From: a virus
Lineage: Duplodnaviria; Caudoviricetes
DNA: 55,533 nucleotides
Virus record (IMG/VR): IMGVR_UViG_3300021425_000046
Location: 1 to 55,533 of that record
Reading direction: 5' to 3' (one strand)
Shown here: in pieces, positions 28,312 to 39,451 of the stretch
How the letters are laid out: every line of letters starts with the position of its first letter
Numbering within the stretch: position 1 is the first letter of the stretch
Notes under the pieces: generated by a model
What the model saw: only the letters and a program-made list of their open reading frames with translations
Databases searched by the model: none
What the model was told of the DNA's origin: nothing
Program-made: the position numbers and the translations under genes

Positions 28312-29766
28312 ATGGGAGTAGTATCAGCAACAAATTGGAGTACTAGATCAGAAAAATATAACGAAGCAACTCCATATCCTTTTGTAGTTTCTATTGAAGA
28401 TAATTGGTCTACGTTTCTTGTAAGCAAGGGAATTGTTGGGGATGGGACTTATGTATTTGATGTAATTTTTGAAGATTCGGGTAAACAACAGTTTCGAACT
28501 AGCGCCGATGGGGATGCATATTTTTACATAGATGGAGTTTACGAATTTAAATTATCTAGCGAATCAACATCACCTATAACAACAACCAACAATTTATACG
28601 AAAAAAATAAAATATATCGAATTACTATTGTAGGAAATAATACAGATAGAGGTTTAACTTCAGTAGCTGCTGAATGGGTTGGATATGAATATGCCTATGT
28701 TTCTATAAATTCTTTTACATCGACTCAATTTATAGAATCTGGTGGAACTTTAATTCCTACAAGTAAGGTAAATTTATTCTGGGATATAAACAATGCGAAA
28801 GAAATTTTAATTGATAATAATGTTGGTGACGTAACAGGTTTTACAAGCAAAATAGTTGATACATATTTACAGTCAAAATATCCAGAAAATTCTCCAGCAA
28901 CAAAAACATATACTATAACTGCAGTTGGTTATGTACCAACAGATATTCAATCAAAAACTCTTACTGTATCAATAAATAACGATAATGAATTTGAGTATTT
29001 TGAACAGGGAGTTACTAAATTTTACGAAATTCCAAGTTTTCTAGATATTGATTCCGATGAAGAACAAGTGCGTCTTTTGGGTAATATTTATGGAATTGAT
29101 ATGAAAACTAATCTTAGTTCACCAAACGGACAGTTTACAATAGCAATTGAAAATAGTACATCTTCTTTTTCTACATCAACAACAGTAGATCCAGGAGATC
29201 AAGTTTATATAAAATTTAGTCCTCCTCCTTTTAGTACAGATGAGTTTGGAGAACCAAATATAACTCAATACGTAATGGATATTGGTCCAATACGTAAAAA
29301 ATTTAATGTTGGTAGAAGAGCACCTAACATTAGAGCAGTAGATTTTGATGCTTCTGATGTATCAGAAGGTATTCCATATCCAGATATTGACACCATTGAA
29401 GGTAATCCAACTGAATATTTAATAACGTCTATTCCTTCTATTGATACTCAAAGTATTGAATTAGTTACTCCAAATGGTCCTCAAATAACAACTAATATAA
29501 AAAATTATTCTGAAGGACATATTACATCTCCAGTTGAATTGCGAGTTATTCCTTCTGGAACAACAGATGCACAAAAAGAACAAATACAATTCGTAGAACC
29601 AAATAATTTTTATGTAGATGATCCAACTCAGCGAAGAATTTTAAACAATATAGATCTTTCTTCTATAACGTTACGAGCAGGAACAACACATTCCCCAACA
29701 AATCCAAATCAAATAAGAATAAGACAAGGAAATGCAGTACTAACTGCATATAATGTATTGCAATAA
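28312..29766 (+). CDS. Virion structural protein with PA14-like N-terminal domain
   Basis: FRTSADGDAYFYIDG resembles PA14; C-terminal half paralogous to the next gene. Confidence 0.6.
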   Translation: MGVVSATNWSTRSEKYNEATPYPFVVSIEDNWSTFLVSKGIVGDGTYVFDVIFEDSGKQQFRTSADGDAYFYIDGVYEFKLSSESTSPITTTNNLYEKNKIYRITIVGNNTDRGLTSVAAEWVGYEYAYVSINSFTSTQFIESGGTLIPTSKVNLFWDINNAKEILIDNNVGDVTGFTSKIVDTYLQSKYPENSPATKTYTITAVGYVPTDIQSKTLTVSINNDNEFEYFEQGVTKFYEIPSFLDIDSDEEQVRLLGNIYGIDMKTNLSSPNGQFTIAIENSTSSFSTSTTVDPGDQVYIKFSPPPFSTDEFGEPNITQYVMDIGPIRKKFNVGRRAPNIRAVDFDASDVSEGIPYPDIDTIEGNPTEYLITSIPSIDTQSIELVTPNGPQITTNIKNYSEGHITSPVELRVIPSGTTDAQKEQIQFVEPNNFYVDDPTQRRILNNIDLSSITLRAGTTHSPTNPNQIRIRQGNAVLTAYNVLQ

Positions 29767-29769
29767 ATA
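29762..29769 (+). promoter_or_regulatory. T4-like late promoter
   Basis: AATAAATA upstream of ATG 29783. Confidence 0.65.
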
Positions 29770-29782
29770 ATTATAAAAGAAA

Positions 29783-31828
29783 ATGGCTGCATCCTGGAAT
29801 AAAAATCCTATTTACGACACATCTAAAGATATAGAATTTTTTTCTGATGTAGAAGATACAACAGATACTATCATTATACCTTTTGCTGTCATTCGAGTTT
29901 ATACTGAAGCATGTGGTGGTGGCGGTGGTGGTGGTAAATCAAATGCTGATTCACAAGATGCATTTCCTGATGATGCAGCAAGTGGAGGAGGCGGAGGAGC
30001 ATGGTGTTATAAAAGTTGGAATGTAATAAAAGGCGATGAATTTACCTTCAAAGTAGGTAAAGGTGGTAACGGAAAAACGGGTCAATCTGGAGTAGGTGAA
30101 GATGGAGGAGACAGTGAAGTAAGTTACACTACTGGGTTAGCTAATATTCCAATGATTGCTGGTGGTGGTGATGGTGGTGCTCGATCTGCAGCAGCACCTG
30201 GAGGTGTCTTTTCTGGAGCTGATGGTGGAGTAAATGGAAGATCTACCGATGTAATTATTTCTAACAATAGAGATGCTCGTGGTGGAAGAGGTGGCGGTGC
30301 AGCTGGTCAAGGATCTGGTTCAAGAACTAATGGTTTGTTTACCGTAAATTGGTCGTGTTGTACTAGCTGGCAAGGGGATGGAGACAGTGGTGGACAAGCT
30401 GTTTGGACCTGTTTACAATATACAAATTATAGTGTAGATGTAGAAGCTAGAATATGCGGCGGTCCTGGTGGAGCTGGTGTTGGTGTTGGCGGTCTTTTAT
30501 TAAACTCAGGAATAAATGCTGATACAGCTCCAGGAGGTTATTACCGAGTAAATGGTAAGCCAGGATCATTATATGGAGGAGGTGGTGGTGGATCTTCAGG
30601 TGGTCACGGAAAAAATGTATTTACATTATTTGATTCGGGATATGGTGATTTACAAAGTGCTACTGGTTCTAATCAAATCATTGGCGGACCATTTTTCTTT
30701 GCTTGTTATGGCACTGTATTTACTTTAAGTAATATAAGATTGGGAACTGCAAATAGCGGTGCTGGTGATGGTGGTGATGGTGCTAGAGGATTTGTTTACT
30801 TATCAGCAAATTATAAAGAACCAGAAATTCTTGGTGTGGAAATACCTACGGTATATAATCTCGAAGGGACTCCAACTAAAAATATGACTTGTAATTATGT
30901 AACAAAATATGCTAGTGAAGTATGGTTAAATGATTCTCAAGGAAATGAAATGTTTAGAATTACGGTAACAGATGCCCAAGGAGAACCAGATAAAGTACCT
31001 GATGGAGGAACAAATTTTGTTTCAACTCTACAATCAAGAGTAGAAAATGGTATCTCTCCAGCATGTGATACGTTTACTTTTTACGCCAAAGGTCCAGGAG
31101 GACAAGTAAGTCAACAAGTACAAGGTTGTATCTATAATGACGATTGTATTAAAGATGTAGTTATACCAAATCAAGGACCATTTGATCCAAATGAACCTGT
31201 TAGTATAAATGTAAAAATTGAAGATATTGATATGCCAACTAGAATTCAGGTTTCTAGTGGTCTAACATTTGATATAGATTTTCAAGGATTAAATATTGGT
31301 AGTTCTTCGTTAATAACCAATAACCAAACGGTGACATTAAAAACAAGAACGTTACCATTTTGTACAGACGAAAGAGGACTGCAACACTATAGAAATTTGT
31401 ATGTAGAATTTGGCAGTGGTGAGGGTTATTGCAACGTTAAGAGGTATGATTTTACAGTTATTACTAGAGAACCAGTTATAGCTGAACAACAAATTGATTT
31501 TACTGATAATAGTATTTCTTTCCCATATCCCAAAATTGATACTACAGATGTTGTTCCTACTGAATATTTAAGCAATAATAATGGTCCTGTTCCTATACAA
31601 GATATTGAATTAGCTGATCCTTATGGGGTTCAAGTAAGAGTTTTAGATACAGAATTTTCAACTTCATATACAAAAGATTTCCAAGACACCAGAGCACAGC
31701 AATCATCTGATGCTCAAGTACAAGTTAATCGTAGTGAAGCTGGATTGCAAGCATGGAGAAATCCAAATATTATTGGTGTTAATGAATTGCCACCAGCAAC
31801 TGGTCCTTGTATAACAAATGAATCATAA
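29783..31828 (+). CDS. Glycine-rich tail-fibre-associated protein
   Basis: GGGGGGG...GGGGGA...FTFKVGKGG glycine-rich domain typical of phage tail fibres. Confidence 0.7.
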   Translation: MAASWNKNPIYDTSKDIEFFSDVEDTTDTIIIPFAVIRVYTEACGGGGGGGKSNADSQDAFPDDAASGGGGGAWCYKSWNVIKGDEFTFKVGKGGNGKTGQSGVGEDGGDSEVSYTTGLANIPMIAGGGDGGARSAAAPGGVFSGADGGVNGRSTDVIISNNRDARGGRGGGAAGQGSGSRTNGLFTVNWSCCTSWQGDGDSGGQAVWTCLQYTNYSVDVEARICGGPGGAGVGVGGLLLNSGINADTAPGGYYRVNGKPGSLYGGGGGGSSGGHGKNVFTLFDSGYGDLQSATGSNQIIGGPFFFACYGTVFTLSNIRLGTANSGAGDGGDGARGFVYLSANYKEPEILGVEIPTVYNLEGTPTKNMTCNYVTKYASEVWLNDSQGNEMFRITVTDAQGEPDKVPDGGTNFVSTLQSRVENGISPACDTFTFYAKGPGGQVSQQVQGCIYNDDCIKDVVIPNQGPFDPNEPVSINVKIEDIDMPTRIQVSSGLTFDIDFQGLNIGSSSLITNNQTVTLKTRTLPFCTDERGLQHYRNLYVEFGSGEGYCNVKRYDFTVITREPVIAEQQIDFTDNSISFPYPKIDTTDVVPTEYLSNNNGPVPIQDIELADPYGVQVRVLDTEFSTSYTKDFQDTRAQQSSDAQVQVNRSEAGLQAWRNPNIIGVNELPPATGPCITNES

Positions 31829-31855
31829 ATAAATTTAAACTATTATAAAGTTACC

Positions 31856-32032
31856 ATGGGCAAGAAATTAAGTGATCATCAACCTAATAATTTAAAGCCA
31901 GATTCGATGTTTACTTCTGAAATTATCAAATTTGAAAATATTCCAGAAGGAGAAAAAGTAGAAATTAAGGCAAGTAAACCAATTGAAGTTAGAGTCAATA
32001 ATGGTAAGTGGATTCAAATTATTCCTGATTAA
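31856..32032 (+). CDS. Small hypothetical protein (58 aa, not in ORF track)
   Basis: ATG..TAA after CATAAATA late promoter (31824-31831); VEIKASKPIEVRVNNGKW resembles part of the fibre beta-sandwich repeats. Confidence 0.55.
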   Translation: MGKKLSDHQPNNLKPDSMFTSEIIKFENIPEGEKVEIKASKPIEVRVNNGKWIQIIPD

Positions 32033-32034
32033 TA

Positions 32035-32042
32035 GATAAATA
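32035..32042 (+). promoter_or_regulatory. T4-like late promoter
   Basis: GATAAATA upstream of ATG 32070. Confidence 0.65.
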
Positions 32043-32069
32043 CTAAAAGACAAAGATTAATCTTTATAA

Positions 32070-35000
32070 ATGGCTGAAAGAGTACTTGTAGGCGCTCAAG
32101 ATACGGTAGAAATTAGATACCCAACTCCTTCAACTTGGAACACTCAAGTTGAAGTAGAAGTTAGAGTTGGTGCATCTGATATTGATACCATATTATTTGG
32201 AACAAGGATTCCACAAGCAAAAACCCCAGAATTCGATAACCTACTACAGTATCAAAGAGGATATGATAGCACAAGTGCTACCAGTTACGTATTTTCTTTT
32301 GAAAGAGATACATTTTATTATACTGACGAATTCTTAATTGATCAAATAGAATTAAGAGTTCCTATTATTATTTCAGCTGAAACTACTGGTCCAAAAAATT
32401 TAAGTGCTAATGTTGAGGAATGTGCATATGAAATTAATGGCAGTGGTACTTGGGTAAATATTGCAAATTCTAAAGTATCATTTACTGGCAATATTACCAA
32501 AGATTCTAAAGTAATCACAAACGTTTCATCTACCAGTGGTTTGTTTGTTGGGATGTCAATTAGTGGCAATCCACATATTAGTGGAATGATTACTGCTATT
32601 AATGCAGCAGCAAATACAGTAACTTTAACTAATTTAGCAAAATCTTCAGCCTTATCTTCTTCGCTAACTGCATATAATACAGTTAAAAAAGGAGACACTG
32701 TAAGATTAAGAATTAAAACTGAAGATTGGTACACTACAAGTACTAAATTAACATGTCAAATATCTGATGAAACCTGGGGAACTGATCTTAACGAGCCAGC
32801 AACAACAACTATTGGCACTTGGTCTATTACAACAAGACCACAAAAATTAGCAATTCCTCAATTTTATTTCTTTGATTATGTTGATATTACCGCAAATGAA
32901 TTTGGTGGTTGGAAATATTTTGATATTCCAGTAACACAACTAACATCCACAACACCAAATGGTGTTGATTTTGATGTCATTCTACAAACTTCAGTAACTT
33001 TTGATGGAGAAGTATCAAAAGATGGAGGAGCAACTTGGGTTAATGCTTCTAATTCACCGATGCTTAGTGTTTATGCAGGTGACATAGTAAAATGTAGGGT
33101 AAAAATTGGCGAAACCTACACAACAAAAACTAAGTCAATAATTACTGTATATTCTATTGCTGGAGAAAAAGAGAATCTTGGATTTCCTACAGATAGAGAA
33201 AATAATATTGTAGGAACTTGGGGATACACAAAGATTTTGCCTGGAATAACTCAGTCGTCTGAAGTAACACAGACGATGGCTACAGTTACTGATGATTGGT
33301 ATATGTGGACGGAAGTTGATCGTTACCCAGATCAATTTTCATTATCTCCAATATATACCATTTCTGATGGAGATGAAGTTGTAGTTTCCAGTACAAACGT
33401 TTTCAATTTTGCGGAACCAAGTTTTAATCAACAGGTTCCTGACTTTGTTTATAAATGTGATTTTACGGTAAGTGGTCTTGGAACAGAATATCCTGCAGGA
33501 GCCTATGCCGAAATAAATTCAGATGAAACTAAAATTATAGTAACTAATAATACATTATTGCCAGGAGTAAATATTGGTGTAGATGGCATTGATACTTCTA
33601 TTGTAAACGGACAAACGGTAGAAATTGAATGTATTGTTGCAAAAGCAGGTGCTAGAATTAGAAGACAAAGATCTAACAGTCAGGGAGGATTTGATTTTAC
33701 TGAATGGTCTGATCGAGTTTATGTAATAAATGGTGACATCATTAATGTACAATATGCATCACCAAATGATTATAATACTAGTATTAATAGCATTATTAGA
33801 TTTTTAGGACCACCATTTGGTGGATCTTTAGGGAATCCCACGCAGGGACCATCTGCTGATTTAAAATCAGAATTAGATAAACAAGATACAATTACAATAA
33901 AAACTAGACTTGCTAGAACAAAACCATATGAATTTAAAATAAAAAATGTTTATGATGCAGATCCAAATGACAGTTTTGTAGATACTGTTTCTCTTAGGGG
34001 ATATGATGTTGACGTAAATGGATTTGTTTCTTCTATTAATGGACTATCTCAAATTAAAACTCCATTAATACAATATTCATCAAATGTCATATCAATTCCA
34101 AGACCATTTACTCCTACAGGATCAGTTTCTCTTTTCGTAAAAGGTTCTTCTGGATCAAATTATGGAGATCTTGTATCTACTAGCGTAAGAGTAGGAACTT
34201 CTACTAATTACTACGAAGATGAATGGTTAGTATTTAATAAAGAAGGACAAGATTGGATTTATACGAGTTGGGGAGGTTCAAATTTTTACAATGAATTTGA
34301 ATTCCCACCATTTGCTTCGGAGTTATATTTTGTTTTAGTTGGAGCAGGTGGCGGAAATGGAGGAGATGATGCACCAAACAGCTTTGGTGGTAGAGGAGGT
34401 AAAGGTAATGTATTAAGAGGTGTTATAACTTTACCCGATGAACTGCTATTCGCTAGCTACAGAAGAATTCGTGTTTATTCTCCACAAGCTGGTGTTGATG
34501 GTGTTTCGTCATTAAGTGGTGCTTCTGGAGGAACTGGTGGATGGGGTTATGCAATTGGTGGTAATGGTGGAAATGCTGGTACAGCAAATTCAGACCGTTC
34601 TGGTGGCGGTGGTGGAGGCGGTGGAGCTGCTGCAATCACTTTTGTTACTAGAGATGAAAATAACGTAGAAACAGAAACACTTCTTGCTTTAGCTGGTGGT
34701 GGTGCTGGTGGCGGTGGTGCAGGTAATGATACAAGCACACAAGAATCATTCCAAAATGCTCATTGGGATGTTGTAAATGAAAATAACGCCGCAATTGGTA
34801 CTATAAAAGGAAATTTATCTGGTTTATCTTTATCAGGAAACAATGGAGAAACTAATCCAGGACAAGGTGGTGGTGCTGGTGGTGGAGGCGGTGGCTTTGG
34901 TGTGGGTGGATATATCATAACAGAGAAACGTGATAATATTAGCGGTGGAGGTGGTTTTTATGGAGATACTGGAGTCGTTCTTCAATCTAATGACTTGGAT

Positions 35001-38000
35001 GCAACTGGAGGAACAGGTGGCGGAGCTTACTATAATTCATCATATGTATCATTACTTGATGATTATGAATATGGTAATTTTGGTTCTGCTGCAAATGAAG
35101 ATGGAGAAGTTTATGTATATTACGCACCACAAGATAGGACACCAATTTTCGTAGGAACATTTGAAAATACACTTGATGCAGAGCCAGGAATAACAATCCA
35201 ATCAAATAAAATTCAAGTTACTGATATTACTGGTTTAGTTGATGTTACGATATTTAATAGAGGAACTACTGGAGCCTCATTTTATAAATGTGATGAAAAT
35301 CAACAAAATTGTCAAGAACAAGGAGCAACAGGTTTTGTTACAAATAATCAATGGATTTACTTAGAAGCAGCTCCTGGTAATGCTTATGAAAGTCCATATA
35401 CAGTAGAAGTAATAGTAGGCACAAGAACAATATACTGGGATATTCAAACTAAAGAAAAACCAGATGAATTTCCAGATAATATTTACGAAATCCCAGATAA
35501 AATTGGAGTAGAACCAAGTACACCAATTGATGCATTAAAAACTGATGTTAATTATGTTCCAAATGTTGTAGAAAGTGATGCAGTAGTAATTACTGGTATT
35601 AATACAAAAACTAGAATTACTGCAACCGCAGTTGTTGAAAATAATGTTCAAATTTCAATATGTGATGTTAACGGAGTATGTGGTCCATGGAAAGATCCTT
35701 CTAATGATAATGATCCTGTATTAATTGGTAATGGTGAATATTTTAAAGTTAGAATGGATGCTTCTACTAGTTATAGTACGACAGTAAGCACTAGAATTAG
35801 AGTAGGAACAGATCCAAGTGGGTATATTTATAGTGTATCAACTAGAAATCCCCCTGATATTAATCCAGAAGAATTTTTATTTTTATCTGCTACTAGTGTA
35901 GAACCAGGAACAAGAACAAGATCACCAAATACAATTAGAATTAATGGTTTATCAGAACCAGTATTATTTACTGTAGATGATCCTCAAAGTAATGATGAAC
36001 AATACATCAGTATTGTTTTAAATGACGTTTTAGTACAATCTAATACAGTAACTGTAGAAAATAGAGATACTGTTAGATTAATTTACGATTCTCCAGATAT
36101 AATTGGGGCTTCATGGACATTTAACGTAACTGCTGGTGGTTATACTACTACATGGTTTGTTCAAAATGCAGGCAATGCTGCCACAACTCCAGATCCATTT
36201 ACATTTACTACAAAGAGTGGAGATGCTGGCATTTATGTAGAAACTGATGAAATTATTCAAATTACTGGTCTTGGTGCTGGTGTTGATGTTGGAGTTTATT
36301 TAACAAATGGAGGGCAAGTAAGATCTTCCAATACAATAGCTGGTATTGATTCTGCTAGTTGGTATACAGCAACAATAAATGATCAAATTTCGGTCCAAAA
36401 TAATACATATATTCAAGTTAGATTATTTTCTAGTTTAATTCCTGGGTTACCAAAATCGACTAAAATTTATGTTGGAAGTTACTCAACTGTTTTTACAGTT
36501 TATAGTGCAGCAGATGCTGGTGATATTATCAAAGGTCAATGGTATAGTAGCATTCAACCAATTATTAGAGATGAAGCGGGAGCACAACTTGGTAGATTCT
36601 CTTCAAAATTTGATGGACTTCCAATTGGTTCTTTGATGCCAGTATTTAAAGATACTACACAAGAATATAATTGGGGAGATCTTGATGGAAATCTTAACTC
36701 AAGATTCCATGGTTGGATCTATTGTGATGGAAGAGCAGTAAGTAAAGATGACTACCCATTATTATATGATCTATTTACTAATGGTGGTAGAACTGTAGCT
36801 TACTATAATGAAGATGCAATCACTGGAGAATTTTTCCTACCTGATTTTAGAAATAGAAAAGTTCTTGGTACTGGAGTAGTTGATTCTACCTCATTGGCAT
36901 CTCCAATTGTAAATCCAACATATTCACCATTAGGATCAACTTCTGGTAATATAAGTGGACAGAGGCCAGGATGCGTTGGTGGAATGTGGTTTATTGACAC
37001 TATTGGTGATCCTGGGTATGATGGCCAACAAAATACAGAGCTAGAGCAAGTATATACTCCTGCTGAGGGTCAAAAAGCACAAGAAAGTCCATACTTTACT
37101 GTAGCAAATATCAGAACCCAAGGATATAATAATGTTACTAATAGTATACAATTTTCCACATCAGGTAGCATTACAGCTCCAATTTCTATTGGTTCTGTTA
37201 GAATTTTTGATGTTCCTTTACATACTCACTTGTTAATTACTGGCCAACCAGATCCTGGCAGAAACAAAGGTATTGTTTTCTGGGGCAGAAGAGGTGGAAT
37301 AAATCAAGGAAAATTAAATCAAGTTTGGATCGAATCTTATCCTAATCCCCCAACAGATTCGTCTCCAACTAGACCCAAAACTGCGATTATTAATTTATGG
37401 GGTTATGCAGTAGCTCCAGTAACTACTACCGACAATGATGTTATTGGTACACCAAATACACCAACGAGGGGTCCAAATTGGTATTATAGATTTTCTCAGT
37501 ATTCTGGTGAGATTATAGATCCAGATCCTTTTGGGGGAGGAGTATATTATCAAGGTCAATATGTTTCAGACAATGGATTTCTTAGTGGAGTTGTGATTAA
37601 TTTTAATGCTTTTAATGGATCAACGAATGAACTTGAAATTAAAAAATATATTGATTGGGATGGATTAGCTATATCTGAAACAAGATGGATTGCTTCTGTT
37701 GATATTCCAGAAAAAGATATTTCAATTAGAGGATTTACTCCAGCTGAAAAATCAACACATAGTCATTTCTTATCAATAATTCAACCTGGACCATTAAATA
37801 ATACATACAGTTATGGTCATGCGTCTGCAGAAGGAACTGCAAAATCTGGAACACCAAGTACAGATGTAGTTAATGTAACATTTAGTGCATTAGATACTGG
37901 TTTAGAAGTATTACCTGGAACATTTGTTCTTTCAGGTAATAAACAATTAATTCCAACTCCAGAATTAAGTCCACAAAATAAAATACCACTAATTACTCCA

Positions 38001-38036
38001 TACACATGGGTCAAGTGGCTGATTAAAGCATTCTAA
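32070..38036 (+). CDS. Large tail-fibre protein: beta-sandwich repeats, glycine-rich domain, C-terminal collar domain
   Basis: DxxPDxFxF repeats; LVGAGGGNGG Gly-rich domain; LPIGSLMP...GWIYCDG...DYPLLY...LPDFR collar; C-terminal WLIKAF. Confidence 0.8.
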   Translation: MAERVLVGAQDTVEIRYPTPSTWNTQVEVEVRVGASDIDTILFGTRIPQAKTPEFDNLLQYQRGYDSTSATSYVFSFERDTFYYTDEFLIDQIELRVPIIISAETTGPKNLSANVEECAYEINGSGTWVNIANSKVSFTGNITKDSKVITNVSSTSGLFVGMSISGNPHISGMITAINAAANTVTLTNLAKSSALSSSLTAYNTVKKGDTVRLRIKTEDWYTTSTKLTCQISDETWGTDLNEPATTTIGTWSITTRPQKLAIPQFYFFDYVDITANEFGGWKYFDIPVTQLTSTTPNGVDFDVILQTSVTFDGEVSKDGGATWVNASNSPMLSVYAGDIVKCRVKIGETYTTKTKSIITVYSIAGEKENLGFPTDRENNIVGTWGYTKILPGITQSSEVTQTMATVTDDWYMWTEVDRYPDQFSLSPIYTISDGDEVVVSSTNVFNFAEPSFNQQVPDFVYKCDFTVSGLGTEYPAGAYAEINSDETKIIVTNNTLLPGVNIGVDGIDTSIVNGQTVEIECIVAKAGARIRRQRSNSQGGFDFTEWSDRVYVINGDIINVQYASPNDYNTSINSIIRFLGPPFGGSLGNPTQGPSADLKSELDKQDTITIKTRLARTKPYEFKIKNVYDADPNDSFVDTVSLRGYDVDVNGFVSSINGLSQIKTPLIQYSSNVISIPRPFTPTGSVSLFVKGSSGSNYGDLVSTSVRVGTSTNYYEDEWLVFNKEGQDWIYTSWGGSNFYNEFEFPPFASELYFVLVGAGGGNGGDDAPNSFGGRGGKGNVLRGVITLPDELLFASYRRIRVYSPQAGVDGVSSLSGASGGTGGWGYAIGGNGGNAGTANSDRSGGGGGGGGAAAITFVTRDENNVETETLLALAGGGAGGGGAGNDTSTQESFQNAHWDVVNENNAAIGTIKGNLSGLSLSGNNGETNPGQGGGAGGGGGGFGVGGYIITEKRDNISGGGGFYGDTGVVLQSNDLDATGGTGGGAYYNSSYVSLLDDYEYGNFGSAANEDGEVYVYYAPQDRTPIFVGTFENTLDAEPGITIQSNKIQVTDITGLVDVTIFNRGTTGASFYKCDENQQNCQEQGATGFVTNNQWIYLEAAPGNAYESPYTVEVIVGTRTIYWDIQTKEKPDEFPDNIYEIPDKIGVEPSTPIDALKTDVNYVPNVVESDAVVITGINTKTRITATAVVENNVQISICDVNGVCGPWKDPSNDNDPVLIGNGEYFKVRMDASTSYSTTVSTRIRVGTDPSGYIYSVSTRNPPDINPEEFLFLSATSVEPGTRTRSPNTIRINGLSEPVLFTVDDPQSNDEQYISIVLNDVLVQSNTVTVENRDTVRLIYDSPDIIGASWTFNVTAGGYTTTWFVQNAGNAATTPDPFTFTTKSGDAGIYVETDEIIQITGLGAGVDVGVYLTNGGQVRSSNTIAGIDSASWYTATINDQISVQNNTYIQVRLFSSLIPGLPKSTKIYVGSYSTVFTVYSAADAGDIIKGQWYSSIQPIIRDEAGAQLGRFSSKFDGLPIGSLMPVFKDTTQEYNWGDLDGNLNSRFHGWIYCDGRAVSKDDYPLLYDLFTNGGRTVAYYNEDAITGEFFLPDFRNRKVLGTGVVDSTSLASPIVNPTYSPLGSTSGNISGQRPGCVGGMWFIDTIGDPGYDGQQNTELEQVYTPAEGQKAQESPYFTVANIRTQGYNNVTNSIQFSTSGSITAPISIGSVRIFDVPLHTHLLITGQPDPGRNKGIVFWGRRGGINQGKLNQVWIESYPNPPTDSSPTRPKTAIINLWGYAVAPVTTTDNDVIGTPNTPTRGPNWYYRFSQYSGEIIDPDPFGGGVYYQGQYVSDNGFLSGVVINFNAFNGSTNELEIKKYIDWDGLAISETRWIASVDIPEKDISIRGFTPAEKSTHSHFLSIIQPGPLNNTYSYGHASAEGTAKSGTPSTDVVNVTFSALDTGLEVLPGTFVLSGNKQLIPTPELSPQNKIPLITPYTWVKWLIKAF

Positions 38037-38061
38037 ATATTAACATAGAAGTATAAAAACG

Positions 38062-39012
38062 ATGGCACTACAAGCATTTAATCCAAATGATTTTATTTTG
38101 CAAGAAATTGTCTCACCAGATAATAAAAAAACTTTGGTGGAGTATGATGCTGCACATAGAATGATTTTAGTGCGTGTCAAAGAAATTATTAATGGAAAAT
38201 CTGAAGATAAGTATAGAGCTGTTTATTTTAAACAAAATATTAATGATAATTTTTTGAATGCTTTACCAGATGAATTTTGTAATGATAAAGATAAATTAAT
38301 TTTGTTTGCTATTTATGATGATGGATCTTATGATTTAGTAAAGCAAAAAATGAAATATGATTTTGCGACCAAACAAGCAAAATGGGTTAAATATGAAAGT
38401 AATGAATTGTCATTAGAACAGGCAAAAGAAATATTTGATGTGTTAAAATCAATGTTGTTTTTACAACAAATTATTGAAAAAAAAGAAAAACATGATGCTA
38501 TTTTAGAAATTGTAAATAAGCAAGAATATCTAGATTTACGTTACGAAGAGTATTGTCAACAAAGAGATATTTTATTGAGAGAAAGTGATTATAGAGTTTT
38601 GGAAGATTATCCAGAGTCTTTTGAAGGAGAAAAAAATTTATGGATTACTTGGAGAGAAATTTTAAGAAATTTTGTGAAAAAACCATCTGACTTTACTGAT
38701 CCTTTAGAATACATTACACATTGCGAAAATTTTGCTTGGCCACATGATCCCTTAGTATATTATTCTACGTATCCAAATTTAGATGTTGAATACCTTTCAA
38801 CCGAAGATCAATTTAAAAAACAATATGAATTAATTTCAACAGAAGCACAACAAAGAATTAGTAATAATATTTTATCTGCATCACTAGAAGCAAAAACAAG
38901 AAATGAAAAAGGTATTCCTATTAATAAACAAATATTAGATATTGTAGAAAAATATAGATTATTGGAAGGAGTTCTTGAATTAAATATTAACGATTTAGTA
39001 GTGGAGGGTTAA
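38062..39012 (+). CDS. Tail-fibre assembly chaperone-like protein
   Basis: RDILLRESDY...W..WREILRN...WP motif; directly after the fibre gene with CTAAATA (38033-38039). Confidence 0.7.
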   Translation: MALQAFNPNDFILQEIVSPDNKKTLVEYDAAHRMILVRVKEIINGKSEDKYRAVYFKQNINDNFLNALPDEFCNDKDKLILFAIYDDGSYDLVKQKMKYDFATKQAKWVKYESNELSLEQAKEIFDVLKSMLFLQQIIEKKEKHDAILEIVNKQEYLDLRYEEYCQQRDILLRESDYRVLEDYPESFEGEKNLWITWREILRNFVKKPSDFTDPLEYITHCENFAWPHDPLVYYSTYPNLDVEYLSTEDQFKKQYELISTEAQQRISNNILSASLEAKTRNEKGIPINKQILDIVEKYRLLEGVLELNINDLVVEG

Positions 39013-39013
39013 A

Positions 39014-39400
39014 ATGATAATTCCAAGAGATTTTTTAGAATATTTAAAACATGATACTGCAAAAGATGCTTCTACTGTTATGATTCTTCGTCCAATCGGA
39101 CCTGATGGAGTTAGCGATGCAGAGAGAGCAAGTCAAATCTATTCTGCATATCATCTTAATTTAGAGCCAGAGTGTCCTGGATTATTTGATAAACTTTTAT
39201 ATAATGAATTTGTTTTTGTAGAGTTTGAATCAGAAGAAGCTGCATATCAATTTGCATTACAAAATCTTCCAATGAATAAAGATTCTGTGGAAAGTGAGTA
39301 TTGGATTCAATTTTTTATTATTAGTAATGGTGAATATACATACTCAAATGATAGTTTAAAAGCATTATCAGCAGCTATTAATGAAGTAGATACATTTTGA
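39014..39400 (+). CDS. Hypothetical protein
   Basis: 128-aa ORF with GGAGG RBS, coupled to the upstream gene. Confidence 0.75.
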   Translation: MIIPRDFLEYLKHDTAKDASTVMILRPIGPDGVSDAERASQIYSAYHLNLEPECPGLFDKLLYNEFVFVEFESEEAAYQFALQNLPMNKDSVESEYWIQFFIISNGEYTYSNDSLKALSAAINEVDTF

Positions 39401-39419
39401 TCTGAACCCTGACAGAGTT

Positions 39420-39448
39420 ATTCTACTGGGTTTCTTGGGTGGTGTCAA
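39420..39448 (-). promoter_or_regulatory. Antisense sigma70-type promoter facing the late fibre genes
   Basis: Minus strand reads TTGACA-ccacccaagaaacccag (17 nt)-TAGAAT. Confidence 0.6.
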
Positions 39449-39451
39449 GCC

